DNA from: an uncultured Chloroflexia bacterium
Lineage (GTDB): Bacteria > Chloroflexota > Limnocylindria > QHBO01
Reading direction: 5' to 3'
Length of the DNA: 64,000 nt
NCBI GenBank assembly: GCA_963814375.1
Contig: CAWFCQ010000002.1
Location: 42,864-106,863, forward strand
Positions 21,361-31,644 of this stretch are shown piece after piece. Under the pieces are notes generated by a model. It saw only the letters and a program-made list of their open reading frames with translations. It was not told the DNA's origin and did no database searches. Position numbers and translations under genes: made by a program. The first letter of the stretch is position 1. Each line of letters begins with the position of its first letter.

Positions 21361-22404
21361 ATGCCACGAACGGCGCCCGCCAGCCGGCTGCGGTCGATCC
21401 TCAGGATCGGCGCCCCGCTGCTGCTCGTCGTCCTGCTGGCCGGATGCCTCCTGCCACCAGAGCCGAAGACCGAGAGCGGCCAGGACGTCTTTAACCTCTA
21501 CCTGCTCGTCCTGGGACTCGCCGCCATCGTCTTCGTCGGCGTCGAGGGCTTCATCATCTATGCGGTCATCCGCTATCGGCGCCAGCCCGGCGACGACGTC
21601 CTCCCGCCGCAGCTGCACGGCAACAACACGGTCGAGATCATCTGGACCGCCATCCCGACCGTCATCGTGTTCGTCCTCTTCATCTTCAGCATGATCACCC
21701 TCGGCGAGGTCGAGGCCCGCTCGGAAGACCCCGTGACGATCGAGGTCGAGGGCTTCCAGTGGCAGTGGATCTTCCGCTACGAAGAGGGCGCCGAGGTCAT
21801 CGGCAACGCGGAGGAGCCGGCGGTCATGGCCGTGCCGGTGGGCGAGCCGGTTCGGCTCGTGCTCGCCTCGACCGACGTCAACCACGCCTTCTACGTCCCG
21901 CAGTTCCTCATCAAACGCGACGTCATCGATCCCGGCGAGAACGGCCGGCCGAACGAGCTCGAGTTCACCGTCACCGAGGCGGGCACGTACTCCGGGCAGT
22001 GCGCCGAGTTCTGCGGGTCGCAGCACGCCGAGATGACATTCACGGTCGAGGCCATGCCGCGCGCCGAGTACGACGCCTACATCGCGGCCCTGGCCGCCGG
22101 GGAGACCCCTCCGCCGCCGCCGACGGGCGAGTGCGGCACGACGATCCAGGTCGCCGCGATCCCGTCCATCCAGTTCGATACCGACTCGATCGAGGCGCCC
22201 GCGAACGAGGACTTCTGCATCGAGTTCACGAACAACGACAGCGCGGTGCACGATATCGGAATTGAGGAGATCGACTTCAATGGCGACGACGTCCAGCCCG
22301 GCGAGTCGATCACGTACGTCATCCCGGCCATGGAGGCCGGCGACTTCACCTTCTATTGCACGTTGCACCCGACCATGACGGGTGACCTGACCGTGACGGA
22401 GTAG
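21361..22404 (+). CDS. ctaC: Cytochrome c oxidase subunit II with C-terminal fused type-1 copper (cupredoxin) domain
   Basis: LAGC lipobox, two TM helices, FQWQW, CuA ligands HAF...[12 protein letters not shown]; Pro linker then HDIG...YCTLHPTM. Confidence 0.93.
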   Translation: MPRTAPASRLRSILRIGAPLLLVVLLAGCLLPPEPKTESGQDVFNLYLLVLGLAAIVFVGVEGFIIYAVIRYRRQPGDDVLPPQLHGNNTVEIIWTAIPTVIVFVLFIFSMITLGEVEARSEDPVTIEVEGFQWQWIFRYEEGAEVIGNAEEPAVMAVPVGEPVRLVLASTDVNHAFYVPQFLIKRDVIDPGENGRPNELEFTVTEAGTYSGQCAEFCGSQHAEMTFTVEAMPRAEYDAYIAALAAGETPPPPPTGECGTTIQVAAIPSIQFDTDSIEAPANEDFCIEFTNNDSAVHDIGIEEIDFNGDDVQPGESITYVIPAMEAGDFTFYCTLHPTMTGDLTVTE

Positions 22405-22414
22405 CGAGAGAGCC

Positions 22415-24103
22415 ATGGCAACCACCACGCTCGAGCCCCGCGCCGGCGCCTATCGGCGTTCCTGGGTGCTCGACTGGCTGACGACCGTCGACCACAAGAA
22501 GATCGGGATCCTGTACATCGTCAACAGCTTCCTCTTCTTCTTCGCCGCCGGGATTCTCGCGCTGGTCGTCCGCTCCGAGCTGGCCGTGCCGGGCCTCCAG
22601 TTCCTGGACCAGGACACGTTCAACCAGGCCTTCACGATGCACGGGACGATCATGCTGTTCCTGTTCATCATCCCGGCGCTGTCGGGCTTCGCGAACTACA
22701 TCGTTCCGCTCCAGCTCGGCGCGCCGGACATGGCCTTCCCGCGCATCAACGCCCTCAGCTTCTGGCTTCTCCCGCTCGGCGGGCTGCTGATCTTCTCCGG
22801 CTATCTCTTCGGCGGTGCCGCCGCCGAGGGCTGGACCGGCTATGCGCCGCTCACCGACGACCGCTTCGCACCGGGTGTTGGCACCGACCTGTGGATCATC
22901 GGCCTGACACTCGTCGGCACGGCCTCGATCCTGGGCGCCGTCAATTTCATCGCCACCGTATTCAAGATGCGCGCGCCGGGGATGACGCTGTTCCGGATGC
23001 CGATCTTCGTCTGGACCGTGCTTGTCACGGCGACGCTGATCCTGCTCGCCACCCCGGTGCTGACCGCCGGGCTGATCGCGCTGTTCATCGACCGCAACTA
23101 CGGCGGCTCCTTCTTCGACCCGAGCGTCGGCGGCAACCCGATCCTGTGGCAGCACATCTTCTGGTTCTTCGGCCACCCCGAGGTGTACATCGTCATCCTG
23201 CCGGCGATGGGGGTGGTCAGCGAGGTGCTGCCGGTCTTCAGCCGCAAGCCGCTGTTCGGCTACCGCGCGTTCGTGTTCGCCACCATCGCCATCGGCCTGC
23301 TCAGCTTCAGCGTCTGGGCGCACCACATGTTCACGACCGGCGCGGTCTTCCTGCCGTTCTTCAGCTTCATGACCGCCCTCATCGCGATCCCGACCGGGAT
23401 CAAGATGTTCAACTGGCTCGGCACCCTGTGGCGCGGGAAGCTGATGCTGACGACCGCGATGCTCTTCGCGCTCGGGTTCATCAGCATGTTCCTGATCGGT
23501 GGCATCAGCGGCGTCATGCTCGCCTCGCCCCCGATCGACTTCCACGTCCAGGACACGTACTTCGTGGTCGCCCACCTGCACTACGTCTTCTTCGGCGGGT
23601 CGGTATTCGGCGTCTTCGCCGCGACCTACTACTGGTTCCCGAAGATGAGCGGGCGTCGCCTGAACGAGCCGCTCGGCAAGGTCCACTTCTGGATCCACTT
23701 CATCGGCTTCAACCTCGCGTTCTTCCCGATGCACCAGCTCGGCCTCTCGGGCATGCCGCGACGCATCAGCGACTACAGCCCCGACGCCGGGTGGACGATC
23801 CTGAACTTCGCCTCGACGATCGGCGCCTTCATGATCGCGATCAGCATCCTGCCCTTCCTGGTCAACGTCGTCGCCTCGCTGATCAACGGCGAGCCGGCGG
23901 GTGACGACCCGTGGGAGGGCAACACGCTGGAGTGGGCGACGACCTCGCCGCCGCCGCCCTACAACTTCGACAAGCTCCCGCCGATCCACTCCGAGCGCCC
24001 GCTCTTCTTCCTGACCCACGGCCACGGGCATGCCGCCGAGCGGCCGGACGACCTCGAGGAGTCGCCCGAGGACGACGTGGAGCGCCGGGGAGGTGTCGTG
24101 TGA
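22415..24103 (+). CDS. ctaD: Cytochrome c oxidase subunit I (A-type heme-copper oxidase)
   Basis: [45 protein letters not shown]. Confidence 0.97.
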   Translation: MATTTLEPRAGAYRRSWVLDWLTTVDHKKIGILYIVNSFLFFFAAGILALVVRSELAVPGLQFLDQDTFNQAFTMHGTIMLFLFIIPALSGFANYIVPLQLGAPDMAFPRINALSFWLLPLGGLLIFSGYLFGGAAAEGWTGYAPLTDDRFAPGVGTDLWIIGLTLVGTASILGAVNFIATVFKMRAPGMTLFRMPIFVWTVLVTATLILLATPVLTAGLIALFIDRNYGGSFFDPSVGGNPILWQHIFWFFGHPEVYIVILPAMGVVSEVLPVFSRKPLFGYRAFVFATIAIGLLSFSVWAHHMFTTGAVFLPFFSFMTALIAIPTGIKMFNWLGTLWRGKLMLTTAMLFALGFISMFLIGGISGVMLASPPIDFHVQDTYFVVAHLHYVFFGGSVFGVFAATYYWFPKMSGRRLNEPLGKVHFWIHFIGFNLAFFPMHQLGLSGMPRRISDYSPDAGWTILNFASTIGAFMIAISILPFLVNVVASLINGEPAGDDPWEGNTLEWATTSPPPPYNFDKLPPIHSERPLFFLTHGHGHAAERPDDLEESPEDDVERRGGVV

Positions 24104-24720
24104 CGGCCGAGACGATGAGGGCGGAGTCAGCGGGCACGGAGCGTCACGAGCCGATCGTGACCCACGCGACCGGCATGCCGACCGCGCTGGTCGGGATGCT
24201 CCTCTTCATCGCGTCCGAGGTGATGTTCTTCGGCGGCCTCTTCGCCACCTATTTCAACGCGCGGGCCAGCGTGGCGCCGGAGCCGTGGGAGCCGCCGCCC
24301 GGCGGCGAGCTGGACCTGCCGCTCGCGGCAGTTCTCACCGCGGTCCTGATCGCGTCCAGCTTCACGATGCAGTTCGGAGTCTGGGCGGTCCGTCGCGGCG
24401 ACACGGGCAAGCTCAAGATGTGGACCGGGATCACGCTGGCGCTCGGCATCCTCTTCCTCGCTGGCCAGCTGTACGACTACAGCCAGCTCGGCTTCGGGAT
24501 CAGCGACGGCGTCTTCGGGACGGTCTTCTACACCCTCACCGGGTTCCACGGCGCGCACGTCTTCGGGGGAGCCGTCGGGCTGACGATCGTTCTCGCCAGG
24601 GCCCTGAGCGGCCAGTTCAGCGCGCGCAACCACGTCGCCGTCGAGGCAGTGAGCATGTACTGGCACTTCGTGGATGTCGTGTGGATCTTCGTCTTCTCGA
24701 CGATCTACCTGCTGCGCTAG
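24100..24720 (+). CDS. ctaE: Cytochrome c oxidase subunit III
   Basis: [31 protein letters not shown]; GTGA overlap with ctaD, GGAGGT RBS. Confidence 0.93.
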   Translation: MTAETMRAESAGTERHEPIVTHATGMPTALVGMLLFIASEVMFFGGLFATYFNARASVAPEPWEPPPGGELDLPLAAVLTAVLIASSFTMQFGVWAVRRGDTGKLKMWTGITLALGILFLAGQLYDYSQLGFGISDGVFGTVFYTLTGFHGAHVFGGAVGLTIVLARALSGQFSARNHVAVEAVSMYWHFVDVVWIFVFSTIYLLR

Positions 24721-24732
24721 GGAAGGGGCAAC

Positions 24733-25080
24733 ATGTCGGACACGGCCGTGGGGTTCCTGCTCGTCGGCAGCGCCATGCTCGTCGTGCTCGGCATGGTTTT
24801 CGCCATCTCGTCGCGCTCGGGGCGCACGGGCGCGCGGCCGAAGCCACCGCGCGGTGTGCACCTCCCGCCGCCCAGCTTCCTGCCGGCGATCCTCTCGCTC
24901 GGTGCGGCGCTCATCGGCGCCGGCCTCGCCTTCCGCGGCGACGATCAGCTGGCAAACCCGTTTCTCGCCATCCCGGGACTGATCATCATGGTCCTCGGCT
25001 GCGTGTGGTGGGTTCGGGCCGCGGACCACGAGTGGCGCGAGACCGAGCATGGCTCACACGACGACGGCGCCGGTCACTGA
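24733..25080 (+). CDS. Cytochrome c oxidase subunit IV-like (CtaF-like) membrane protein
   Basis: Three TM helices, HLPPPSFLP motif, position directly after ctaE. Confidence 0.65.
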   Translation: MSDTAVGFLLVGSAMLVVLGMVFAISSRSGRTGARPKPPRGVHLPPPSFLPAILSLGAALIGAGLAFRGDDQLANPFLAIPGLIIMVLGCVWWVRAADHEWRETEHGSHDDGAGH

Positions 25081-25630
25081 TCGTCCGGCGACCACGCCGG
25101 ACTTCCAGCGCCTCCCGCGCCATTACCTCGTGATCGCCGCGATCCTCCCGATCGTGCTGCTCACGGTGCTCGGCGCGGTGCTGCTCCTCCGCTCACCGGC
25201 GCCGCTTGCGACGATCGGGAGCGACGCGCCGGACATCACCCTGGCGGACCTGGACGGCAACCCGGTGCGGCTCGCCGATCTGCGTGGGCGCCCGGTGATC
25301 GTCAACTTCTGGGCCAGCTGGTGCGGGCCGTGCGTCGAGGAGTTCCCGCTGCTGCGCGATGCCGCGGAACGGCATGCCGGCGACCTGGCGGTGATCGGGG
25401 TCGTCTACCAGGATCGCTCGGAGGCGGCACGCGCCTTCATGGAGCGCAACGACGCGGCGTGGACCGCCGCGATGGATCCGGGTGATCGCACCGCGACCGC
25501 GTATGGCATCGTTGGCGTGCCGGAGACCTTCTTCATCGGGCGGGACGGTACGATCGTGGCTCGCCAGATCGGGCAGCTCTCGGCGGCCTCCTTCGAGGAG
25601 AAGCTGGCCACGATCACCGAGGAGGAGTGA
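25049..25630 (+). CDS. TlpA/ResA-family membrane-anchored thiol-disulfide oxidoreductase (start uncertain)
   Basis: [26 protein letters not shown]-terminal TM anchor. Confidence 0.9.
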   Translation: MAHTTTAPVTDRPATTPDFQRLPRHYLVIAAILPIVLLTVLGAVLLLRSPAPLATIGSDAPDITLADLDGNPVRLADLRGRPVIVNFWASWCGPCVEEFPLLRDAAERHAGDLAVIGVVYQDRSEAARAFMERNDAAWTAAMDPGDRTATAYGIVGVPETFFIGRDGTIVARQIGQLSAASFEEKLATITEEE

Positions 25631-25632
25631 GC

Positions 25633-25809
25633 ATGGAGCCGAACCTTCCCGCCACGACAACCGAGACCGGCCTGGTCGAGGCCGAGGAGCCGGCGGCCCC
25701 GCTCCCTCCGCGTCAGCCGCTCAGCGTCGCCTTCCTGCCGCTGGCGCTCGTCGCCTTCGTCATCGTCGCGTTCGCGATCGCCGCCTGGACGTTCCTCGCC
25801 GCGGCCTGA
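25633..25809 (+). CDS. Small single-TM membrane protein (58 aa)
   Basis: GGAGGAG RBS, C-terminal hydrophobic helix, end of cox operon. Confidence 0.55.
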   Translation: MEPNLPATTTETGLVEAEEPAAPLPPRQPLSVAFLPLALVAFVIVAFAIAAWTFLAAA

Positions 25810-25819
25810 CCTGGCCGGA

Positions 25820-26248
25820 TCAGGCCGGGGAGGCCGGCCGCGCGCCTCGCAGGGTGTCCCGGGCTGCCTGGGCAACGCGTGCGGGCGATCCGTAGACGCG
25901 AACGAGGTCGCCGACGACGAGGGCGATCAGCGCAACCTCGATGGCCTTCGCCACCCAGCCGAGGCTGAAGTACGGGCCCATCACGAGATAGGCGAGGATG
26001 GTGGTGGCCGCGTAGCCGGCAAGCCCGAGCCGCGGCAGCCAGCCGAAGCGATGGACGACCGGATGCGGGACGAGGCACACCGCGTAGGCGGCGGCGAGGG
26101 CTGCGTAGCCGGCGGCGTTGAGCGTGAAGAGGGGACCGCCGAGGCTGAGATGGATGTACGCCGTCGTCAGCGCGAGGTCGACGATGGCGACGGTCAGTGC
26201 GATCCCCACGAACGTCGCGCCGCGGGTTACTGGTGTCGTGCTGGGCAC
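25820..26248 (-). CDS. Hypothetical 4-TM membrane protein
   Basis: Four hydrophobic segments; GGAGG RBS before GTG; TATACT upstream. Confidence 0.65.
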   Translation of the reverse strand: MPSTTPVTRGATFVGIALTVAIVDLALTTAYIHLSLGGPLFTLNAAGYAALAAAYAVCLVPHPVVHRFGWLPRLGLAGYAATTILAYLVMGPYFSLGWVAKAIEVALIALVVGDLVRVYGSPARVAQAARDTLRGARPASPA

Positions 26249-26329
26249 GTGGTGCCTCCGCTCATAACGTGCTACCTATGTGGAGCAAGTATAGGGCGGG
26301 ATCGAGAGCCGCGCAAGGGGCAGATGTCC

Positions 26330-27559
26330 CTAGGAGGCGCGGCCCGGCGCGGGATATCTGCGGTCGACGTACGCGTCGAGGATGGCGAGGAAGCGCGGGA
26401 CGATGTCGTCGCCGCGCAGGGTTTCGGTCTTGGCCCCGTCGACGAACACCGGCGCGACCGGCTCCTCGAAGGTTCCCGGCAGCGAGATCCCGATGTCGGC
26501 GTGCTTCGACTCGCCGGGCCCGTTGACGACGCAGCCCATGACCGCGACGCGCATCTCCTCGACGCCCGGATGCGTCTCGCGCCAGCCAGGCATCTGCTCG
26601 ACGAGGTAGGCCTGGATGTCCCGCGCCATCTCCTGGAAGAAGGTCGAGGTCGTGCGACCGCAGCCGGGGCAGGCCGAAACCTGGGGCAGGAACGAGCGCA
26701 TGCCCATCGACTGGAGGACCTGCTGCGCCACCTGGACTTCCTGGGTCCGGTCGCCACCCGGCTCCGGCGTCAGCGAGACGCGGATGGTGTCGCCGATGCC
26801 GCGCTGGAGGAGGATCGCGAGCCCGGCGGTGGAGGTGATGATGCCCTTCGATCCCATGCCCGCCTCGGTCAGGCCGAGGTGAAGCGGATAGTCACACCGG
26901 TCCGCCAGGCGGTCGTAGACCTCGACGAGATCCTGGACGCCGGAGACCTTGGCGGAGAGGATGATCCGATCGTGGCCAAGCCCGGTCTCCTCGGCCAGGC
27001 GCGCCGAGCGCAGGGCGGACTCGATCATGGCCTCGATCATCACCTCGCGGCTGTCGCGCGGATCGGGCAAGGCGGCATTGGCGTCCATCATCTCGGTCAG
27101 CAGCTGCTGGTCGAGGGAGCCCCAGTTCACGCCGATGCGAACGGGCTTGTCGTTGGAGATGGCGACGTCGATGATCTGGACGAACTGCTCGTCGCGACGC
27201 TTCGTCCCGACGTTGCCAGGGTTGATGCGGTACTTCGCCAGCGCAGCGGCGGCGGCCGGGTACCGCGTGAGGAGCAGATGCCCGTTGTAGTGGAAGTCCC
27301 CGATCAGCGGAACGCCGACGCCGAGCGCGTCGAGCTTGGCGCGGATGACCGGGACGGCCTCGGCCGCCGCGTCGTTGTTGACGGTGATGCGGACGAGCTC
27401 CGAGCCGGCGTGCGCGAGCTGAGCGACCTGGATTGCGGTGGCGTCGGCATCGGCGGTGTCGGTGTTCGTCATCGACTGGACGACGACCGGATGGTCCGAG
27501 CCGACCGGGACCCCGCCGACCTCGACGGTCACGGTGCGGCGTCGGGCCTGGGTGCTCAT
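26330..27559 (-). CDS. ispG: (E)-4-hydroxy-3-methylbut-2-enyl-diphosphate synthase
   Basis: [68 protein letters not shown]. Confidence 0.96.
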   Translation of the reverse strand: MSTQARRRTVTVEVGGVPVGSDHPVVVQSMTNTDTADADATAIQVAQLAHAGSELVRITVNNDAAAEAVPVIRAKLDALGVGVPLIGDFHYNGHLLLTRYPAAAAALAKYRINPGNVGTKRRDEQFVQIIDVAISNDKPVRIGVNWGSLDQQLLTEMMDANAALPDPRDSREVMIEAMIESALRSARLAEETGLGHDRIILSAKVSGVQDLVEVYDRLADRCDYPLHLGLTEAGMGSKGIITSTAGLAILLQRGIGDTIRVSLTPEPGGDRTQEVQVAQQVLQSMGMRSFLPQVSACPGCGRTTSTFFQEMARDIQAYLVEQMPGWRETHPGVEEMRVAVMGCVVNGPGESKHADIGISLPGTFEEPVAPVFVDGAKTETLRGDDIVPRFLAILDAYVDRRYPAPGRAS

Positions 27560-27618
27560 GGCAGCCATGGTAGAACCTGGCTTCGGCTGCGGCATGGGGC
27601 CTGCAGGCGGCGCGACGC

Positions 27619-28038
27619 ATGACCGGTGGCGCCACGAGCGACCGGGGAGGGCGCTGGGCGCTCTGGGTCGTCGAGGACGAGCCGGCATCCGCGCGACTGG
27701 TCGCCGAGCTGTGCCTGGCGGCCGGCGGTGACGCATCGGTCTTTCCGGCACCGACGCCGTTCCTGGCAGCCCTGCGCGACGGGTCGCCACCGCGGGCGGT
27801 GGTGCTCGACTGGCGGCTCGGCCACGAGGTCAGCGCCGCGCTCTTCCTCGCCACCCGGCACCGCCATCCCGGGCTGCCGGTCATCTACTGGACCGCCACC
27901 GATGCGCGCAACCTGCCGGCCATGATCCGGGAGGATGGCTTCACGATCATCGTCGACAAGGCGGGTGGGGCAGCCTCGCTGGAACGAGCACTGGCGTGGG
28001 CGGTCACCGAGCGCCGTGTCGACTGGGCGTCGGACTAG
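27619..28038 (+). CDS. Stand-alone response regulator receiver domain
   Basis: LWVVEDE, VVLDW (phospho-Asp), YWT, VDK. Confidence 0.75.
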   Translation: MTGGATSDRGGRWALWVVEDEPASARLVAELCLAAGGDASVFPAPTPFLAALRDGSPPRAVVLDWRLGHEVSAALFLATRHRHPGLPVIYWTATDARNLPAMIREDGFTIIVDKAGGAASLERALAWAVTERRVDWASD

Positions 28039-29267
28039 GCGCGGCCGATGACGAGGGCGGCATTCATGCCGCCGAACCCGAAGGAGTTGGAGACCGCGGC
28101 CTCGACGGGGGTGGCCCGTGCCTCCATCAGGAGCTCGAGGTCGATCTCCGGATCGGGGTCGCGCAGGTTGCAGGTGCCCGGCAGCACGCCACGTTCGAGG
28201 GCGAGTGCCGTGATCGCGGCCTCGACGGCGCCGGATGCTCCGAGAGCGTGGCCGTAGAGGCCCTTCGTGCTCGAGACGGGAATCTCATCGGTGCGGGCGC
28301 CGAAGGCGAGGCGGATGGCACGAGCCTCGGCCGGCTCGTTGAGCTGGGTGCTCGAGCCGTGAGCATTGACATAGCCGATGCGCTCCGGCGCGACCTCGCC
28401 GTCGGCGAGCGCCGTGGTGATCGCGCGCGCGGCATCCCGCCCGTCGGGCCGCGGCGCGGTCATGTGGTAGGCGTCGTTGCTCGAGCCGAAGCCGAGGATC
28501 TCGGCAATCACGCGCGCGCCGCGGGCCCGAGCCGACGAAAGATCCTCGAGGACGAGGATCGCCGCCGCCTCGCCCATCACGAACCCGTCGCGCTCACGAT
28601 CGAACGGCCGTGAGGCCGTGGCGGGATCGTCATTGCGCGCAGAGAGGACCCGGATGAGGGCGAAGGCGCCGAAGGTCAGCGGAGCCAGCGGCGCCTCGGC
28701 GCCACCGGCGAGGGCGACGTCGACGGTCCCGTCGCGGATCGCCCCGAAAGCCTGGCCGATCGCCATCGCGCCAGACGCGCAGGAGTTGGCGTTTCCGACC
28801 GCCGGTCCGGTCAGCCCGAGGTCGAGCGCCACGTTGCTCGCCCCGGCGCCGCCGAAGACCGCCAGGGCGAGCGTCGGCGAGACGCCACGCGCGCCGCGCG
28901 CCACGAAGCCGGCGTGCTGCTCCTCGCCGTAGGCGACGCCCCCCAGCGCCGACCCGACCCAGACGCCGGTGCGAGCCGCCGCCCCGTCGTTGAGCTTGAG
29001 GCCGGCGTCCTCGACCGCCTGGCGGGCGGTGGCGACGGAAAGAGCACTGAATCGGTCGAGGCGCCGTGCCCGGCGCACGTCGAGATGCGCCGCGGGATCG
29101 AAATCGTCGATCTGGGCTGCGATCCGCGACGGGAAGGCGGAAGCGTCGAACCGATCGATCGGCCGTACCGCCGATTTGTCGGCGAGGACGCCGGCCCACA
29201 GTCCCTCGGCGCCGGACCCGATCGGGGTGATGGCACCGATGCCCGTGATCGCGACGCGGCGGCTCAC
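28035..29267 (-). CDS. fabF: Beta-ketoacyl-ACP synthase II-like ketosynthase
   Basis: VAITGIGAITPIG, catalytic NSCASG, NAHGSST, GHALGASG, SNSFGFGG; GTG start overlapping upstream stop. Confidence 0.92.
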   Translation of the reverse strand: MSRRVAITGIGAITPIGSGAEGLWAGVLADKSAVRPIDRFDASAFPSRIAAQIDDFDPAAHLDVRRARRLDRFSALSVATARQAVEDAGLKLNDGAAARTGVWVGSALGGVAYGEEQHAGFVARGARGVSPTLALAVFGGAGASNVALDLGLTGPAVGNANSCASGAMAIGQAFGAIRDGTVDVALAGGAEAPLAPLTFGAFALIRVLSARNDDPATASRPFDRERDGFVMGEAAAILVLEDLSSARARGARVIAEILGFGSSNDAYHMTAPRPDGRDAARAITTALADGEVAPERIGYVNAHGSSTQLNEPAEARAIRLAFGARTDEIPVSSTKGLYGHALGASGAVEAAITALALERGVLPGTCNLRDPDPEIDLELLMEARATPVEAAVSNSFGFGGMNAALVIGRA

Positions 29268-29707
29268 CCGCCCGCCTCCGCCAGCTCCCGCACCCGTCGC
29301 AGGGTGCGTCGAGCGATGGCCTCGATGAACTGCGGCCCGACAACCCGCTCCGCCGCGAAGGTGCCGATGATCGGCCAGTCCAGCTCGAGCCGATGCTCGA
29401 TGCTTACGTCGACGCTGTCGGCCTGCTCCTCGAAGTGCCAAGCCACCCACATGCCGCGCGTCACGCCGCCCACGTGGACGAACTCGATGCGACGCTCCTC
29501 GCGCAACGGGCGCTGGAGCGCCTCCCAGCGCACCGGCAGCGGGCCGCGCCGGGCGCCCATCGCGAAGCGGCGCCAGCCGGCAGGGGCAGGGAGGGGCCGC
29601 ACGTAGCGGTAGTGCGGGAGGATGGCCGGCCAGCGCTCGACGTCGGCGGCGAGATCGAAGATGCGATCGAACGGCGCCCGCATCGGCTCGTGCATCTCGC
29701 TTCTCAC
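29264..29707 (-). CDS. SRPBCC / polyketide cyclase-aromatase family protein
   Basis: APFDRIFDLAADVERWPAILPHY, IEFVHVGGVTRGMWVAWHF; GTGA overlaps on both sides. Confidence 0.82.
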   Translation of the reverse strand: MRSEMHEPMRAPFDRIFDLAADVERWPAILPHYRYVRPLPAPAGWRRFAMGARRGPLPVRWEALQRPLREERRIEFVHVGGVTRGMWVAWHFEEQADSVDVSIEHRLELDWPIIGTFAAERVVGPQFIEAIARRTLRRVRELAEAGG

Positions 29708-30876
29708 GGCGACAGCACGTCGAACAGGGCCGATGGGGCCAGGGCATCGGTTGCCGGCCGGCAGTCGCCGAGCGCGGACCCGAGCCGCAGGGCCGCGGCA
29801 GGGCGGTCGGACAGGCGCTCGACGACGTGCTCGAGGAGCACCGGGACCGCGAGGAAGCCCTGCACCAGCCAGCTCAGCGTTGCCTTGGCGGCGAAGGCGC
29901 TCCGTCGCTCGCGCCGGTAGCGCCGGGCCGCGTCGCCGCCGGGCCGAATGGCGTCGACGGCCGCTCGCGCCGAGCGCAGGGCGCGATGGATCCCCTCGCC
30001 CGTGAACGGGTCGACGAACCCGGCGGCGTCGCCGATCAGGAGCCAGCCCGGGCCGGCCGCATCGCTGACCCGGTGGCCGATCGGCGCCGCCCCGCGGATC
30101 GGTGTGAGGCGCTCCGCTCCAGCGAGCCGGCGTGCGACGGCCGGAAGTCCCTCGATAGCGGCCCCGAACCGCGCGCGCGCTGTGCCGGCGCCGTCCATCG
30201 GGAGCGCCATCCCGACGTTCAGCTCGCCGCCCGGTGTCGGGGCCAGGCCGACGTAGTAGCCCGGCCCGACGTGCATCTCGCCGTGATCGGTCAATGCGTC
30301 GAGCCCGGACACGTGAGCGACGAGGCCGAGCCTGCGCGGGAAGCGCACCGGGCGCTCGACGCCGGCGAGCCGCGCGATCGTGGATCGCGCCCCATCGGCG
30401 CCGATGACGACGTCGGCGCGGACGACCTCTTCCGTGCCGCGCTCGCGGTCGCGGATCCTGACGCCGTCCACCCGGCCCCGATCCTCGACAAGGGCGACCG
30501 CGCGCGCCCCCTCGCGCAGCTCGGCGCCGCACGCCGCCGCGTGGGACGCCAGCATCGCGTCGAAGGTCCGGCGGTCCACGCCCCACGCGGATCTCGGTCC
30601 ACGACCATCGGCGTAGCCGATCCTTACGGCGTGCGAGCCGGCATGCAGCTCCATTCCGGTCAGCGGCACCGCATCGCCGCGCCATGAGGCGGGCGGCAGC
30701 CCGATGCGGATGAGCTCCTCCACGATCCGCGGGCTGGCGTACTCGGCGCAAGCCTTCGGCCGTGGGTGATGCGCGGCCTCGAGGAGGAGGACGCGCGCGC
30801 CATCGCGCGCCAGCGCCGCCGCGGCAGCCGCTCCCGCGGGTCCGGCCCCGACGACGACGGCATCGAGCCGGCTCAT
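29704..30876 (-). CDS. Geranylgeranyl-reductase-like NAD(P)/FAD-dependent oxidoreductase
   Basis: VVVGAGPAG, KACAEY, VIGADGARS, LLIGDAAGFVDPFTGEGI. Confidence 0.88.
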   Translation of the reverse strand: MSRLDAVVVGAGPAGAAAAAALARDGARVLLLEAAHHPRPKACAEYASPRIVEELIRIGLPPASWRGDAVPLTGMELHAGSHAVRIGYADGRGPRSAWGVDRRTFDAMLASHAAACGAELREGARAVALVEDRGRVDGVRIRDRERGTEEVVRADVVIGADGARSTIARLAGVERPVRFPRRLGLVAHVSGLDALTDHGEMHVGPGYYVGLAPTPGGELNVGMALPMDGAGTARARFGAAIEGLPAVARRLAGAERLTPIRGAAPIGHRVSDAAGPGWLLIGDAAGFVDPFTGEGIHRALRSARAAVDAIRPGGDAARRYRRERRSAFAAKATLSWLVQGFLAVPVLLEHVVERLSDRPAAALRLGSALGDCRPATDALAPSALFDVLSP

Positions 30877-31565
30877 GGCGCCGATGCCGCCGTCACCACG
30901 CGCGGCAGCCACCGGGCAGACTGCCAGCGCCGCGTCAGGCCGGCGGCGGAGACGAGCTCGTCGAGCTCGTCGAGCGAGTAGGCCCGGCGCGCGGAGATCA
31001 TGCCGTCGGTGCGCGTGACCCGGCTTCTGCCGAAGGCCGTGACCGTGACCGCCGTCGCGACGAGCGGAAAGAATCCGCGACGGAGATCGTTGATGACGAC
31101 CCCGTGCCGCGCGACTCGAGCCATCTCGCGCAGTGCATCGACGACGTCGGACGGGTCGAGATGGTGGACCAGGAGCGAGGAGTGCGCCACGTCGAAGGCA
31201 CCATCGTCGAAGGGCAGCGCCCGGACATCGGCCTCCATCACCTCGACCAGGGACGTTCGGGCGGTGGCGCGGCGCGCGACGGCGAGCACCTGGTGATTCG
31301 TATCGACGGCGACGGTCGACCAGCCACGCCGCGCGAAGGCGATCGGCACATCGGCCCTGCCGGTTCCGACGTCGAGCACGCGCGTCCCCGCCCCGCTGCC
31401 CGAGAGGTGCTCGATGGCGGCGATGCTGGTTGCGGCGCCGCCCGGCAGCCGGTTCATGCGCGCCAGGTCGGCAAGGTTGGCCTCGACCTCGGTTGGCGAG
31501 AGGACGCCGGCTTCCAGCAGCTCGACCTCATCCGCCCTCGCGCCGACCGCGAGCCGGCGGCGCAT
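30873..31565 (-). CDS. Class I SAM-dependent methyltransferase (start 31565 or 31577)
   Basis: ELLE...NLADLARMNRLPGG, VLDVGTGRAD, LPFDDGAFDVAHSSLLVHH, VINDLRR. Confidence 0.85.
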   Translation of the reverse strand: MRRRLAVGARADEVELLEAGVLSPTEVEANLADLARMNRLPGGAATSIAAIEHLSGSGAGTRVLDVGTGRADVPIAFARRGWSTVAVDTNHQVLAVARRATARTSLVEVMEADVRALPFDDGAFDVAHSSLLVHHLDPSDVVDALREMARVARHGVVINDLRRGFFPLVATAVTVTAFGRSRVTRTDGMISARRAYSLDELDELVSAAGLTRRWQSARWLPRVVTAASAP

Positions 31566-31644
31566 GCTGCTCAGCATCTGACCGTCACGCGCTCGATGAT
31601 AGGGGTCGGCCGAGGCCGACGCTCTTGGGTACACTTGGCCGACG

